Part shown: positions 36,685-47,209 of the stretch, in pieces | How positions within the stretch are numbered: position 1 is the stretch's first letter | How the letters are laid out: each line of letters opens with the position of its first letter | DNA from: a virus | Lineage: Duplodnaviria; Caudoviricetes | Strand: one strand, 5' to 3' | Virus record (IMG/VR): IMGVR_UViG_3300029928_000001 | Coordinates: 1 to 64,000 of that record | Length of the DNA: 64,000 bases | Program-made: the position numbers and the translations under genes | Notes under the pieces: model-generated | Database searches by the model: none | Seen by the model: only the letters and a program-made list of their open reading frames with translations | Told to the model about the DNA's origin: nothing

Positions 36685-38618
36685 ATAACGAAATAAGAAC
36701 TTTAATAAATAAATTAAATGCTTACACTGAATTATATGATAATGGCACTCCTACAATTTCTGATAAAGAATGGGATGATTTATATTTTCAGTTAGAGCAA
36801 ATGGAAAAAGAGTCTGGAATTATTTATCCAGACTCTCCAACGCAAAAAGTTTTATATAGTGTAGTTAATGAATTACAAAAAGTAGAACATAATCATTTAA
36901 TGTTATCTTTAGAAAAAACTAAAGATATTGCCGAAGTAGGTAATTTTGTTAAAGGTAAAGAGTTTTTAGCCATGAGCAAAATGGATGGCTTAACTTGTAG
37001 TTTATTATATCAAGATGGTAAATTGGTAAGAGCTGAAACAAGAGGTGATGGAATAATTGGAGAAGATATTACCCATAATGCTAAAGTAATTGCTAATATA
37101 CCAACAGAAATAAACTATAAAGAAGAGTTAGTTATTGATGGCGAAGTTATTTGTGATTTATTAACTTTTAATAATTTATTTGCGGAAACCTATAAAAATG
37201 CAAGAAATTTTGCGGCGGGTAGCATTAGGCTGCTCGATTCTGGCGAAAGTAAAAATAGACATTTATCTTTTGTAGCTTGGGAAGTTATTGAAGGATTTGA
37301 AGATATAAATACAGTAAGTGGTAAACTTGATAAAGCAACTGATTTAGGTTTTACTACCGTGCCAAGAATAGTATCAACAGCTTTTGATGATACTGTTTTT
37401 ATTACAGGAATTACCACTGCTTCTAAATCTCATTTTTATCCTATTGACGGTATTGTTTTTAAGTTTAATGATATTGAATATGGTAAAAGTTTGGGACGCA
37501 CTGAACATCATTGGTCAAATGCTATCGCGTTTAAATTTTACGATGAAGTTTATAGAACTGCACTAAGAGATATTGAATGGAGCATGGGTAGAACAGGTGT
37601 TCTTACTCCAATAGCAATATTTGATGAAGTAAATATGGATGGTTCTAGGGTAAGTCGCGCAAGTCTTCATAATGTAAGTGTAATGCGTGATACTTTAGGA
37701 ACACCTTGGGTTGGTCATTTAGTAGATGTTTGTAAAATGAATATGATCATACCTCAAATCCAAAAGAATGAAGAATTAAATGCCGAAGTGCTCGGTCCTG
37801 AAATTCCTTTACCAACTATTTGCCCGGTTTGTGGTGGTGAAGTAAAATTAGAGGAAACTGATAATTCTTTAGTATTAAAATGTATGAACCCTGCTTGTCA
37901 AGGTAAATTAATTAATCGTCTCGACCATTTTTCGGGGAAAAAAGGTTTAGATATAAATGGTTTATCTAAAGCTACTTTAGAAAAACTAATTGATTGGGGT
38001 TGGCTTAATTCATTAATTGATATTTTTAGTTTAAAAAATTATCGTAATGAATGGATTAAAAAAGCAGGTTTCGGTGTTGCTTCAGTAGATAAAATACTTG
38101 CGGCAATTGAAGCAAGTAAAGACACTACTTTAGATAAATTTATCTCTTCTCTTGGTATTCCATTAATTGGTTCTCGTGTTGCTAAAGATATTATGAAACA
38201 TATTAATAGATATGATGAATTAAGAGATTTAGTTATAAATAATTTTGATTTTGCGCAATGGGATGGTTTTGGTGAAAGTAAATCTGATAATTTATTAAAA
38301 TTTGATTATACTGAAGCTGATGAAATTTATAAGTTATTAAATATTGCGAAAACTCGGTCAGAGATCGCAGAATCGGCGCTTGCGCAAGATTTAACTGTAT
38401 GTATTACAGGTAGTTTGAAAGAATATAAGAATAGAACTGAATTACAATCTGCTATTGAATCTATTGGCGGTAGGGTAGTAAGTTCTATTAGTAAAAAAGT
38501 TAATTATTTAATTAATAACGATGTTAATTCAACTTCGAGCAAAAATCAGCAAGCTAAAAAGTTGAATATACCAATTATAAGTGAAAAAGATTTTAAAGAA
38601 AAATTTCTTGACTTATAA
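36681..38618 (+). CDS. ligA: NAD-dependent DNA ligase
   Basis: ISD..WD, MLSL, KMDG, TRGDG, Zn finger, HhH, BRCT. Confidence 0.95.
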   Translation: MNNEIRTLINKLNAYTELYDNGTPTISDKEWDDLYFQLEQMEKESGIIYPDSPTQKVLYSVVNELQKVEHNHLMLSLEKTKDIAEVGNFVKGKEFLAMSKMDGLTCSLLYQDGKLVRAETRGDGIIGEDITHNAKVIANIPTEINYKEELVIDGEVICDLLTFNNLFAETYKNARNFAAGSIRLLDSGESKNRHLSFVAWEVIEGFEDINTVSGKLDKATDLGFTTVPRIVSTAFDDTVFITGITTASKSHFYPIDGIVFKFNDIEYGKSLGRTEHHWSNAIAFKFYDEVYRTALRDIEWSMGRTGVLTPIAIFDEVNMDGSRVSRASLHNVSVMRDTLGTPWVGHLVDVCKMNMIIPQIQKNEELNAEVLGPEIPLPTICPVCGGEVKLEETDNSLVLKCMNPACQGKLINRLDHFSGKKGLDINGLSKATLEKLIDWGWLNSLIDIFSLKNYRNEWIKKAGFGVASVDKILAAIEASKDTTLDKFISSLGIPLIGSRVAKDIMKHINRYDELRDLVINNFDFAQWDGFGESKSDNLLKFDYTEADEIYKLLNIAKTRSEIAESALAQDLTVCITGSLKEYKNRTELQSAIESIGGRVVSSISKKVNYLINNDVNSTSSKNQQAKKLNIPIISEKDFKEKFLDL

Positions 38619-38659
38619 AAAAAATTATTATATAATAGTTATATAATAAAGGAGAAATT

Positions 38660-38812
38660 ATGGATAGAAAAGAAATAAGAGCAATCGCTCGTTAGATAGC
38701 GAAAGCAGAAAAGAAAAAAGATTATAGAAAAATTGAAGAGTTAACTTCACAAATAAAATCATTGGAAGATATGATGCGTATAGATAATGAAGTTCAAAAA
38801 ATTATTTCTTGA
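38660..38812 (+). CDS. Small hypothetical protein (50 aa, TAG=Gln)
   Basis: Promoter, AAGGAG RBS, TAG at codon 12, ends TGA. Confidence 0.55.
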
Positions 38813-38886
38813 CTTTCTAAAATTTTTCTGATATAATATATATACAAAATAAAAAATATTTAAAATTTGAAAGGAAACAAAAAATT

Positions 38887-39150
38887 ATGGCAATGTCAAG
38901 CAATAGCATTAAGGTTTTAGATTATTTAAAGAAGGTTAATGGAACACAGGTTACAGCTGCTGATGTAGCAGAAGCTCTCGGCCTTGAAAAGAAGAGCGTA
39001 GATGGTATTTTTACTTCTGCTATTCAGAGAAAGGGTCTTGGCGTAAGAACGCCGGCTGAAATTGAGCTCGAAGATGGGACTCACCGTCAAGTAAAATTTT
39101 TGTCTTTAACGGCAGAAGGTATGAGTTTCTCACCTGAAGATGCTGAATAA
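38887..39150 (+). CDS. Winged-HTH DNA-binding protein
   Basis: TAADVAEALGL HTH, LTAEG wing. Confidence 0.7.
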   Translation: MAMSSNSIKVLDYLKKVNGTQVTAADVAEALGLEKKSVDGIFTSAIQRKGLGVRTPAEIELEDGTHRQVKFLSLTAEGMSFSPEDAE

Positions 39151-39255
39151 TTCGTTGGGCAAAACGAGTTAAGTTCTTAATAATAAATTTTATAAAGTAT
39201 TGAGAGGAGAAGATAACTCTTCTCAATACTTTTTTATTAAGAAAGGAATTTAACT

Positions 39256-40101
39256 ATGTTAAGCATAAAAGAAATTGAAAATATTTTAAATTGTTCTTTG
39301 TCTGAAGAAAAAAGACAAGAAATTTTAAAATTAGATGATTATTCGGATTCAATTAAACGAGCGAATTTAATTGGTCAACAATTTAATAGATTATTAGTAA
39401 TTGGAAAGGGACCTCAATATATTAGTCCAGGCGGGGCTAAACAAGTTCAATGGTGGTGCATTTGTAATTGTTCTAAACACAATATTATTTTAGCTAGAAC
39501 AAGTAATTTAAAAAGTAAAAATACAAAATCATGTGGTTGTTTAAATTTAGAGAAATCAAGAGAACGTATTATTGAATTAGGACATAAAGCTGCTATTAAT
39601 ATTACTAATCAACGTTTTGGTAAGCTCGTTGCTATTGAAAAAACTGAAAAACGCCATCAAGGTTCAATTGTATGGAAATGTCAATGCGATTGTGGAAATA
39701 TTTGTGAAGCACCAACTAATGCTTTAAGAGCTGGACGTAAATATTCATGTGGTTGTTTAACAGAATCAAAAGCTTCATTTAATATTAAACAATTTTTAAC
39801 TCAAAATAATATTGAGTATATTACAGAAAAAACTTTTGAAACTTGTAAATTTCCAGATACAAATAATTCTGCGCGTTTTGATTTTTATCTTCCTAAATAT
39901 AATTTACTAATTGAATATGATGGAGAACAGCATTTTCAAGAAAGAGATAGAAATTATTTCAAAGATTCTTTAGAAAAACGTCAAAAGCATGATATTTTTA
40001 AAACACAATGGTGTCAAAATAATCAAATAAAACTTTTAAGAATTTCTTATAAAGAGCAAGAAAATATTGAAGAAATTTTAAAGAAAGAATTAAAAATATA
40101 A
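39256..40101 (+). CDS. Free-standing homing endonuclease (Zn-ribbon repeats + Vsr/DUF559-like nuclease)
   Basis: W.C.C.C...SCGC repeats; RFDFY...IEYDGEQH. Confidence 0.78.
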   Translation: MLSIKEIENILNCSLSEEKRQEILKLDDYSDSIKRANLIGQQFNRLLVIGKGPQYISPGGAKQVQWWCICNCSKHNIILARTSNLKSKNTKSCGCLNLEKSRERIIELGHKAAINITNQRFGKLVAIEKTEKRHQGSIVWKCQCDCGNICEAPTNALRAGRKYSCGCLTESKASFNIKQFLTQNNIEYITEKTFETCKFPDTNNSARFDFYLPKYNLLIEYDGEQHFQERDRNYFKDSLEKRQKHDIFKTQWCQNNQIKLLRISYKEQENIEEILKKELKI

Positions 40102-41087
40102 TGGAACAAATATTACTAAGTATAATTATTGGTTTTATTGGTGGAGTTGTATTTTACTTTTTTGTTACTCGACCTAAATTAAAAAAAGTTAAAAAATATA
40201 ACTCTGAGATAGAAGAGAAAAATAAAGAATTAGAACAATAGTCTAAAAATCTATAGATAAAAGTTATTCAAGAAACAGAATAGTATAATTCACTTGTTTC
40301 TAAGCAAGAGACTTTAAAAAATTCAATTACGACCCTCGAAGAACAAGCTCAATCCGCAAGTGATATTTTTTATAAAGAAAAAATGAAATTAGCGGAAACT
40401 AATTTTGCCAATAATACAGAAAAGCTTGCGCAAGAATACAATGAATTAAAAGAAAACTGTGAAAATGAATATCTTTCTCTTTTGGAAGAAGAAGCTAAAC
40501 GTTTTAATACATTGCTTACAACCAATAGAGAAGAATTAAAACAATTGGAAGAACAATTAGCCGCACAAAAGCGTGCTGTTCAAGCTGCTATTGAAGAAGC
40601 TAAAAGACAACAAGAAATAGAAGAGCAAGAAGAATTTTATAAAATTAAACTATCAGAACAAGATAAAGAAGAAATTGCGCGATTGCGTACAGTTATCCCT
40701 TATCTTCGTTCGGCGGAACCAATTAATAAGGTTATTTGGAGTGTTTATTATATGAAACCTTTAAATGATTTAATTGGTCGATTGATTGGTAAAGAAACTA
40801 AATGCGGAATTTATAAAATTACTAATATAAAAAATAAAAAAGTTTATATTGGGCAAAGTGTTAATATCTCAGAACGTTTTAAACAACATGTGAAGCGAGG
40901 AGTGGGCGCAGAAGCGCCAACACGCAATAAACTTTATCCAGAAATGAATGAATTCGGTCCGGAGGGGTTCACATTTGAATTTTTGGAAGAGTGCTCGAAA
41001 GAACAATTAAATGATAGAGAAAAGTATTGGATTGAATATTTTGATTCATATACTTATGGTTATAATAGCACGACAGGAGGTTCTTAA
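40101..41087 (+). CDS. N-terminal TM + coiled coil + C-terminal GIY-YIG nuclease (328 aa, TAG=Gln)
   Basis: Coupled ATG 40101, hydrophobic N-terminus, 3 TAG, GIYKITN..YIGQS..GYN. Confidence 0.78.
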
Positions 41088-41794
41088 TGATTTAGTTTGA
41101 ACATACAGAAGTTTATGGATGGGAAGCTGCCATAAGGGGTATGCGCAACCCTAAAAACAGTTGGGATAAAAGTGATAGTTATGCTGCTGTTGATTGTGAG
41201 AGTTGCGGATTAATTGAAGAAAAAGGAATTTGTAAAAAAGAAGATAGAATTGGTAGATGTCGTGAATTTGAATGTTATAAAATTGGTCCAAATGATTTAA
41301 AATTGATGAAAACATTGCGTCAAGCGGGAACTGATCATCGTAAATATCTTAGAATGATTACTGTCTCTGTTGATATAACAGCTCCTCTCTATTGGTGGAA
41401 AGAAGCAGACACCTATAAGGTGAACACAGTTGCCAACTCCTGTAGCACAATGCATAAGCTTATGGCAAAACCATTTGAAGCTAGTGATTTTAGTTGCGAA
41501 CATCTTACTGCTTATAGTATGAAACATCTTGATGATTTAATTATTTATTTAAATTTAATGAGAGATACTTATTTAACTTTAATAAACAATAATCCAGAAG
41601 CAGCCAAAGAAGTATGGTGGCAAGTAATTCAACTATTGCCGACTTCATATAATCAAAAGCGCACATTTTTATTAAATTATGAAGTTTTAAATAATATGTG
41701 CCATTCGCGAAAAAATCATAAGTTAGATGAATGGTCTATTGGTTTTATGGACTGGGTAAAAACTTTACCATATGCGGAGGAATTAATATTATGA
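41087..41794 (+). CDS. ThyX-like phage protein (TAG at codon 3)
   Basis: AGGAGG RBS; MI[Q]FEHTEVYGWEAAIRGMRNP, HRKYLR, APLYWW, SCSTMH, LP.SY. Confidence 0.65.
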
Positions 41795-42036
41795 AACCTG
41801 AAGTAATTATATTAAAAGAAGAAAAAGATAAAAAAGTAATTATTGAAGATGTGGATGAACTTTTAAAAATATTTAATAAATTTTATGCAGCTGGATATCA
41901 GGATGGAAGAGAAAGTAATATAACTATTACGACGCCTTCATCTCAGTCTGGACAGTCTTATGGCAGTGGCATTGCAGTTCCAGATTGGTCACAAAAAATT
42001 ATTTATACCACTGCTAGCAATGATAGTAAAAATTGA
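41791..42036 (+). CDS. Hypothetical protein
   Basis: GGAGG RBS, ATGA overlap. Confidence 0.55.
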   Translation: MKPEVIILKEEKDKKVIIEDVDELLKIFNKFYAAGYQDGRESNITITTPSSQSGQSYGSGIAVPDWSQKIIYTTASNDSKN

Positions 42037-42098
42037 CTAATGTAAAAAAATATGGTATAATAAATATATAAAATAAATAAAGTAAAGAGAGGAAATTA

Positions 42099-42458
42099 AT
42101 GAAAGGAAAAAATGATTTTATTAATTATGTAGAAAAAATATTAAATGAAAATGAAATCTCAGAAGATGGTTTGAAATTTTGGAAATTTTTTAAAGAAAAT
42201 AAAGATATTGAAAAACCTCTATTTACTGAAAATGGGAAAAAGATTTTTATTTTTTTAAGAGAAAATTTAGACACTGAATTGTGGAAGTCAAAAGACATCG
42301 CAGAACGCTTAGGAATTTCCTCTCGTAGCGTATCAGGGGCAATCCGCAAATTAGTATCTGATAATTTCGTTGAAAAAGTAAGTGTCGAGCCAATTATTTA
42401 TACGTTAACTGAATTTGGAAAAAATTATAATATTGAAGAAAGTGAGAATAATAATTAA
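42099..42458 (+). CDS. MarR-like winged-HTH regulator
   Basis: SKDIAERLGISSRSVSGAIRKLV, YTLTEFG. Confidence 0.75.
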   Translation: MKGKNDFINYVEKILNENEISEDGLKFWKFFKENKDIEKPLFTENGKKIFIFLRENLDTELWKSKDIAERLGISSRSVSGAIRKLVSDNFVEKVSVEPIIYTLTEFGKNYNIEESENNN

Positions 42459-43393
42459 TGAAAGCAAAATTTGAGAATATTACACACATCGAAGGTTATG
42501 TTTATGAACACGATTTAAAGTTAAAAACTTCTGGACCAAATTCTAAGAATCCTGGAACTCAATTTATTTCCGGCGATTTAAAAGTTGCTACAGATGAAGA
42601 ATGCTTAAATGTAATTACAGTTCATTTTACTTATGTAACACCAACAACTGCAAGTGGAAAAACTAATGCCACTTTTACAGTTTTAAATAATATTATTGAA
42701 AAGTCTTATAAAACAGTTATGGAAGCAGGCAAGGAAAGTGCTGTAAAGGTTAGAATTGATTCTGCTCTTGATTTAAATGAATTTTATGACAAAGATGATA
42801 ATCTTGTTTCTGCTAAGAGAAATGAAGGTGGCTTCGTTCATGTAACGACTGATTTGAATGAAGAAAAAATGAGAAATACATTTAAAACAGATATGGTTAT
42901 CACTAATGTTCGTAGAATCGAAGCTGATGAAGAAAGAAAATTGCCAGAAAAAGTAATTGTTAAAGGTGCCGTATTTAATTTCAGAAAAGCATTATTGCCG
43001 GTTGAATTTAGTGCAACAAGCGAAGGCGCAATGAATTACTTTGAAAGCTTAGAAGTATCTACTTCTAATCCTGTATTTACAAAGGTATGGGGACGGCAAA
43101 TTTCTACAACTGTTGTAACTACTCATGTAGAAGAATCTGCTTTTGGTGAACCAGAAGTAAGAGAAGTAAAGAGTTCCAGAAAAGATTGGGTAATCACTGG
43201 AGCTGCTACTGAAACTTATGTATGGGGCGAAGAAGACACAATCACTAATGAAGATTTGAAGAAATGTATGGCTGACAGAGAACTTCATTTAGCAGAAATT
43301 AAGAAGAGAAGAGACGAATGGAGAGCTTCTCAAGGTAATGCAATTCCAGCTGCTACAGTAGCTTCTACTCCAGAAGGCGAATTTAAATTTTAA
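42458..43393 (+). CDS. Putative single-stranded DNA-binding protein
   Basis: OB-like beta pattern, acidic/Phe C-terminal tail, replication context. Confidence 0.55.
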   Translation: MKAKFENITHIEGYVYEHDLKLKTSGPNSKNPGTQFISGDLKVATDEECLNVITVHFTYVTPTTASGKTNATFTVLNNIIEKSYKTVMEAGKESAVKVRIDSALDLNEFYDKDDNLVSAKRNEGGFVHVTTDLNEEKMRNTFKTDMVITNVRRIEADEERKLPEKVIVKGAVFNFRKALLPVEFSATSEGAMNYFESLEVSTSNPVFTKVWGRQISTTVVTTHVEESAFGEPEVREVKSSRKDWVITGAATETYVWGEEDTITNEDLKKCMADRELHLAEIKKRRDEWRASQGNAIPAATVASTPEGEFKF

Positions 43394-43414
43394 TAAGAAG
43401 GGAATGTATAAATA

Positions 43415-46400
43415 ATGGCAATTAATTTATTGAATATTCAACCACATAAAGTCAGTAAAGACTTAAGCGGTTATATCACATATATTTATGGAGCTTAAAT
43501 CGGGGCTCCCTACGCGGTAACACGTAGAAAACAATTCCTATAAGAAACTGGAACCCTTGCTATTTATAGTATTGTGGAATCAGAGCGGAAGTTATAATTT
43601 AAAAGTTATAACACGCGCAACGCATAGATATATAAAACTTAATTTTAAAAGAAAGGAGTGTCCAAAAATGGATACCAGATTATTACCAGAAGCTATTGAT
43701 TTTTATAATCAAGGTAATTCAATGAATAAAACAGCAAAACAATATAATAGTACTCCACAAACTTTAAAAAAACTTTTTATTTCTAATGGAGTTAAGATTA
43801 GAAACCAAAAAGAGCAATTAATTTTAGAGAATATAAAAAGAGCAAAGCCTATTAATCATACTTATTTTGATAAATTAACTAATGAAAATAGTTATTATTT
43901 AGGATTTTTAGGTGCCGATGGAACTGTAAGAAAAGATAGAAATGAAATTAAAATCGGTTTATCTTCAATTGATTTAAGTTTTTTAGAAGAATTTCAAAAA
44001 AAATTACAATCTGAAAGACCAATTCATAATTATCAAACTAATAATGGTTTTGACGTTTCCGAATTAATCTTTTCTTCTGCTAAAATAAAAGAAGAAATAA
44101 TGAAATATGGGATTGTCCCTAATAAAACTTATATAGGTTTAAATTTAGATTTAATTCCACAAGAATTTCAATTGCCATTTATTAAAGGTTTCTATGATGG
44201 TGATGGTAGTGTAGTTTATAACCAAAACACTAAACAAGTAAAATTAACTTTTTGTTCATATACAAAAAAGATATTAGAACAAATTAATATTTTTTTTAAT
44301 AATAAAGGACATATTTACTCTAACCAAAGGACAAAAAATATAATTTATGAATTAGATTTTTCTACATTGCCAAGTTTGGATATTTTAAAACAATTTTATG
44401 AATTAGATACACCTTGTTTAATTCGTAAATATGAAAAATATCTTAATATTTTAAAATTAAGACAATAAAATCCACGAGATAGGAACTCCTCAGACGAGGA
44501 TGAAAAGTTATGCTGAACTGGGTCGGAATTGACCGACCGTTAAAATGAGAGAAATCTCCAGAAGTAGAAGATAAAAAGCTTCTACGATAACAGCTCGTTG
44601 CCGAAAACGGGCAAAACAACTCTGGCTACGCAAATGGGAGAAGCATTACTTTTAGCATTCGAGCAAGGATATAATGCTCTTCCAGGCGTTATCGCTCAAG
44701 ATATTACAACTTGGGGACAGATGAAAGAAGTTTATAGAGAACTTAAAAAGCCAGAAGTAAAAGAACATTATAAAGCTGTTATTGTTGATACTATCGACAT
44801 TGCAGCCGACAGATGCAAAAAATATATTTGTAATCAAAATGGTATTGAGGACCTTGGTGAACTTGGATACGGTAAAATCTTTGCCGCTTAATATAGTAAT
44901 ATATTAATGAAAATGTAGTAAAAAGCTGGAAAGCTAAGTTATATAAAAATAATACGCTAATCAGAGGTGAAGGCTAAATTTAAAAGTTTAGTCAGCCGCA
45001 ACGCATAGAAAAATAAAACAATAAAGAAAGGATTTGTCTAGGCATGGGAAAAATCATTATTCCACAAAAACAAGTAGAAAAAATTATATATAATTATCAA
45101 GTATTAAAAATGGCACAGGGAAAAGCCGGTCAAGAATTTGGCTATTCTGCAAAAATTGTTAAAAGATTATTACAAGAAAATAATGTTTATATTAGGAGTC
45201 AATCAGAATCACGACAACAATATCACATCAAAGAAAATTATTTTAATACAGAAACTTCTAATATGGCTTATATTTTAGGATTATTAGCATCAGACGGATG
45301 TGTAGCAAGTAATAAAAATTTAATATATATTGAATTACAGCGTTCCGATAAAGAATTATTGGAAAAAGTAAATCAAGAATTAGAAAATGAACGTCCAGTG
45401 AAAGATTATTGTGCTTCAAACGGATATGAAAATAGCAAAATTTATTTCTATTCTAAACAAGCTAAAGAACAATTAGCAAAATATAAAATTATTCCAAATA
45501 AAACTTATAGCGAAAATTTTGGGTTTCCTACAAACTTACAAAAAAAATATTGGATAGATTATATTAGAGGCTATTTTGACGGAGACGGATGTATAAAAGA
45601 TTCAAATCATACTCCAACTTGGGAAATTAATTCTGTAAATTATGAAATTATTGAAACAATTCAAAAATTTTTCTTAGAAGAATTTAATATTCAATTAAAA
45701 ATTCAAACTTTTATAAATAATAGAAAAATTCCAATGTATAGAGTATATTGCTATGGACAAGAAAATTGTCATAAAATTTTTGATATATTATATAATAATA
45801 CAAATTTGTTTTTAACAAGAAAAAAAGAAAAATTTAAATCTTTATTGAAATAATTTTCCACGAGACTACATATCTCTTGTATGGAGATAAAAAGTTATGC
45901 TGAACTTATAGGAAACTATAAGAGCTATAGGATAAAAAGCCTATAGGATAACAAAATTGAAAGGTTGGACCAAGTTTAAAGATGAATTTAATGAAGTCTT
46001 TAGAGGTTTAACTCAATTAGGATACGCCGTTTTCTTTATCGGACATGATAAAGAACAGTTTGTTGATAATCCTGACGGTACTCAATCTAGAATTATTAGA
46101 CCAGCCCTCTCTAATTCAACTAGAGAAGTCATTTCTGGTATGGCTGATATTTATGGATATGCTCATCAAAAATATGCTGGTGAAATGTCTGTATTAACTC
46201 TTAGATGCACTGATGGAAGTATTTCTTGCGGATGTCGCTTTAAGTATCTTCCAGATGAAATTACAATGAGTTATGATAATTTAGTAAATGCTTTACATGA
46301 AGCTATTGATAAAGAAGCTGCAGAACATGATAATCAGTTCGTTACTGAAGAACGCGCTACGGTAGTCCCAGAAACTCCAACATATGATTTTGACGCTCTT

Positions 46401-46586
46401 ATGAAAGAATTTGAAGGATTGGTTGGAGAGCTTATGAATAAAAATCAAACTTATTACGCTCCTAGAATTACTGAAGTTGTTAATAAATACCTTGGCAAAG
46501 GGCGCAAGGTTTCCGACGCAACACCTGCGCAAGCTGAGTTTATTCATTTAATCGTAAAAGAAATTAAAGAAGATTTAATGTCTTAA
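43415..46586 (+). CDS. AAA_24/Sak4-like ATPase; exons 43415-43495, 44601-44873, 45960-46586 (326 aa)
   Basis: Splicing restores Walker A YGA|PKTGKT and LGYG|KGW; VIVDT Walker B. Confidence 0.85.
43496..44600 (+). mobile_element. Group I intron 1 in ATPase gene
   Basis: P1 GGAGCT/GGCTCC, P7 GCATA/TATGC, terminal G. Confidence 0.88.
43668..44468 (+). CDS. Intron-encoded LAGLIDADG endonuclease
   Basis: YLGFLGADG and FIKGFYDGDG. Confidence 0.88.
   Translation: MDTRLLPEAIDFYNQGNSMNKTAKQYNSTPQTLKKLFISNGVKIRNQKEQLILENIKRAKPINHTYFDKLTNENSYYLGFLGADGTVRKDRNEIKIGLSSIDLSFLEEFQKKLQSERPIHNYQTNNGFDVSELIFSSAKIKEEIMKYGIVPNKTYIGLNLDLIPQEFQLPFIKGFYDGDGSVVYNQNTKQVKLTFCSYTKKILEQINIFFNNKGHIYSNQRTKNIIYELDFSTLPSLDILKQFYELDTPCLIRKYEKYLNILKLRQ
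44874..45959 (+). mobile_element. Group I intron 2 in ATPase gene
   Basis: P1 CGGT/GCCG, P7 GCATA/TATGC, terminal G; core similar to intron 1. Confidence 0.88.
45044..45853 (+). CDS. Intron-encoded LAGLIDADG endonuclease
   Basis: ILGLLASDG and YIRGYFDGDG. Confidence 0.88.
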   Translation: MGKIIIPQKQVEKIIYNYQVLKMAQGKAGQEFGYSAKIVKRLLQENNVYIRSQSESRQQYHIKENYFNTETSNMAYILGLLASDGCVASNKNLIYIELQRSDKELLEKVNQELENERPVKDYCASNGYENSKIYFYSKQAKEQLAKYKIIPNKTYSENFGFPTNLQKKYWIDYIRGYFDGDGCIKDSNHTPTWEINSVNYEIIETIQKFFLEEFNIQLKIQTFINNRKIPMYRVYCYGQENCHKIFDILYNNTNLFLTRKKEKFKSLLK

Positions 46587-46681
46587 TTATAAAAAGCCTG
46601 GTTAAATTCTAACCAGGCTTGATTTTTTTGTAAAAATATGATATAATATTTATATAAACTATAGAAAGGAGTTAAAGAATA

Positions 46682-47209
46682 TTGGCAAAACATTATGTAA
46701 AATGTTATTATTGCGGCGAAAAATTTGATGCTAATGAAGAAGAATATGTTATGATTAATTCTCGTCGTTATGCTCATAAAAAATGCGCTGAAAATAAAGA
46801 ACAATCTTTAACTCAAGAACAATTAGATAAAATCGCATTTGAAGAATATGTAATGAAAATATTTAAATTAGAATATATAGAACCTCAAATGCAAATGCAA
46901 ATTAAACGCTTTATAGAAAAGAATAATTTTACTTATTCTGGTATGCGCAAAGCATTAATTTATTTTTATGAAGTAAAAGGAAATCCAATAGAAAAAGCAG
47001 GAAAAAGTCTCGGTATTATACCTTATGTATATCAAGACGCATATCGTTATTATTTTTCTATTTGGCAAGCGCAACAGCGTAACCAAGTAAAAGAAATAAA
47101 GCAATATATTCCACAAGTAAAAGAAATTATAATCCCAATTCCGCAGTTACAACCTAAAAAAGAGCGAGAATTGTTTAAATTTTTAGATGAAGAACAGGAG
47201 AAACAATGA
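46682..47209 (+). CDS. Zn-finger replication-associated protein
   Basis: CYYC...H..C, GIIPYVY; coupled to dnaB. Confidence 0.6.
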   Translation: MAKHYVKCYYCGEKFDANEEEYVMINSRRYAHKKCAENKEQSLTQEQLDKIAFEEYVMKIFKLEYIEPQMQMQIKRFIEKNNFTYSGMRKALIYFYEVKGNPIEKAGKSLGIIPYVYQDAYRYYFSIWQAQQRNQVKEIKQYIPQVKEIIIPIPQLQPKKERELFKFLDEEQEKQ

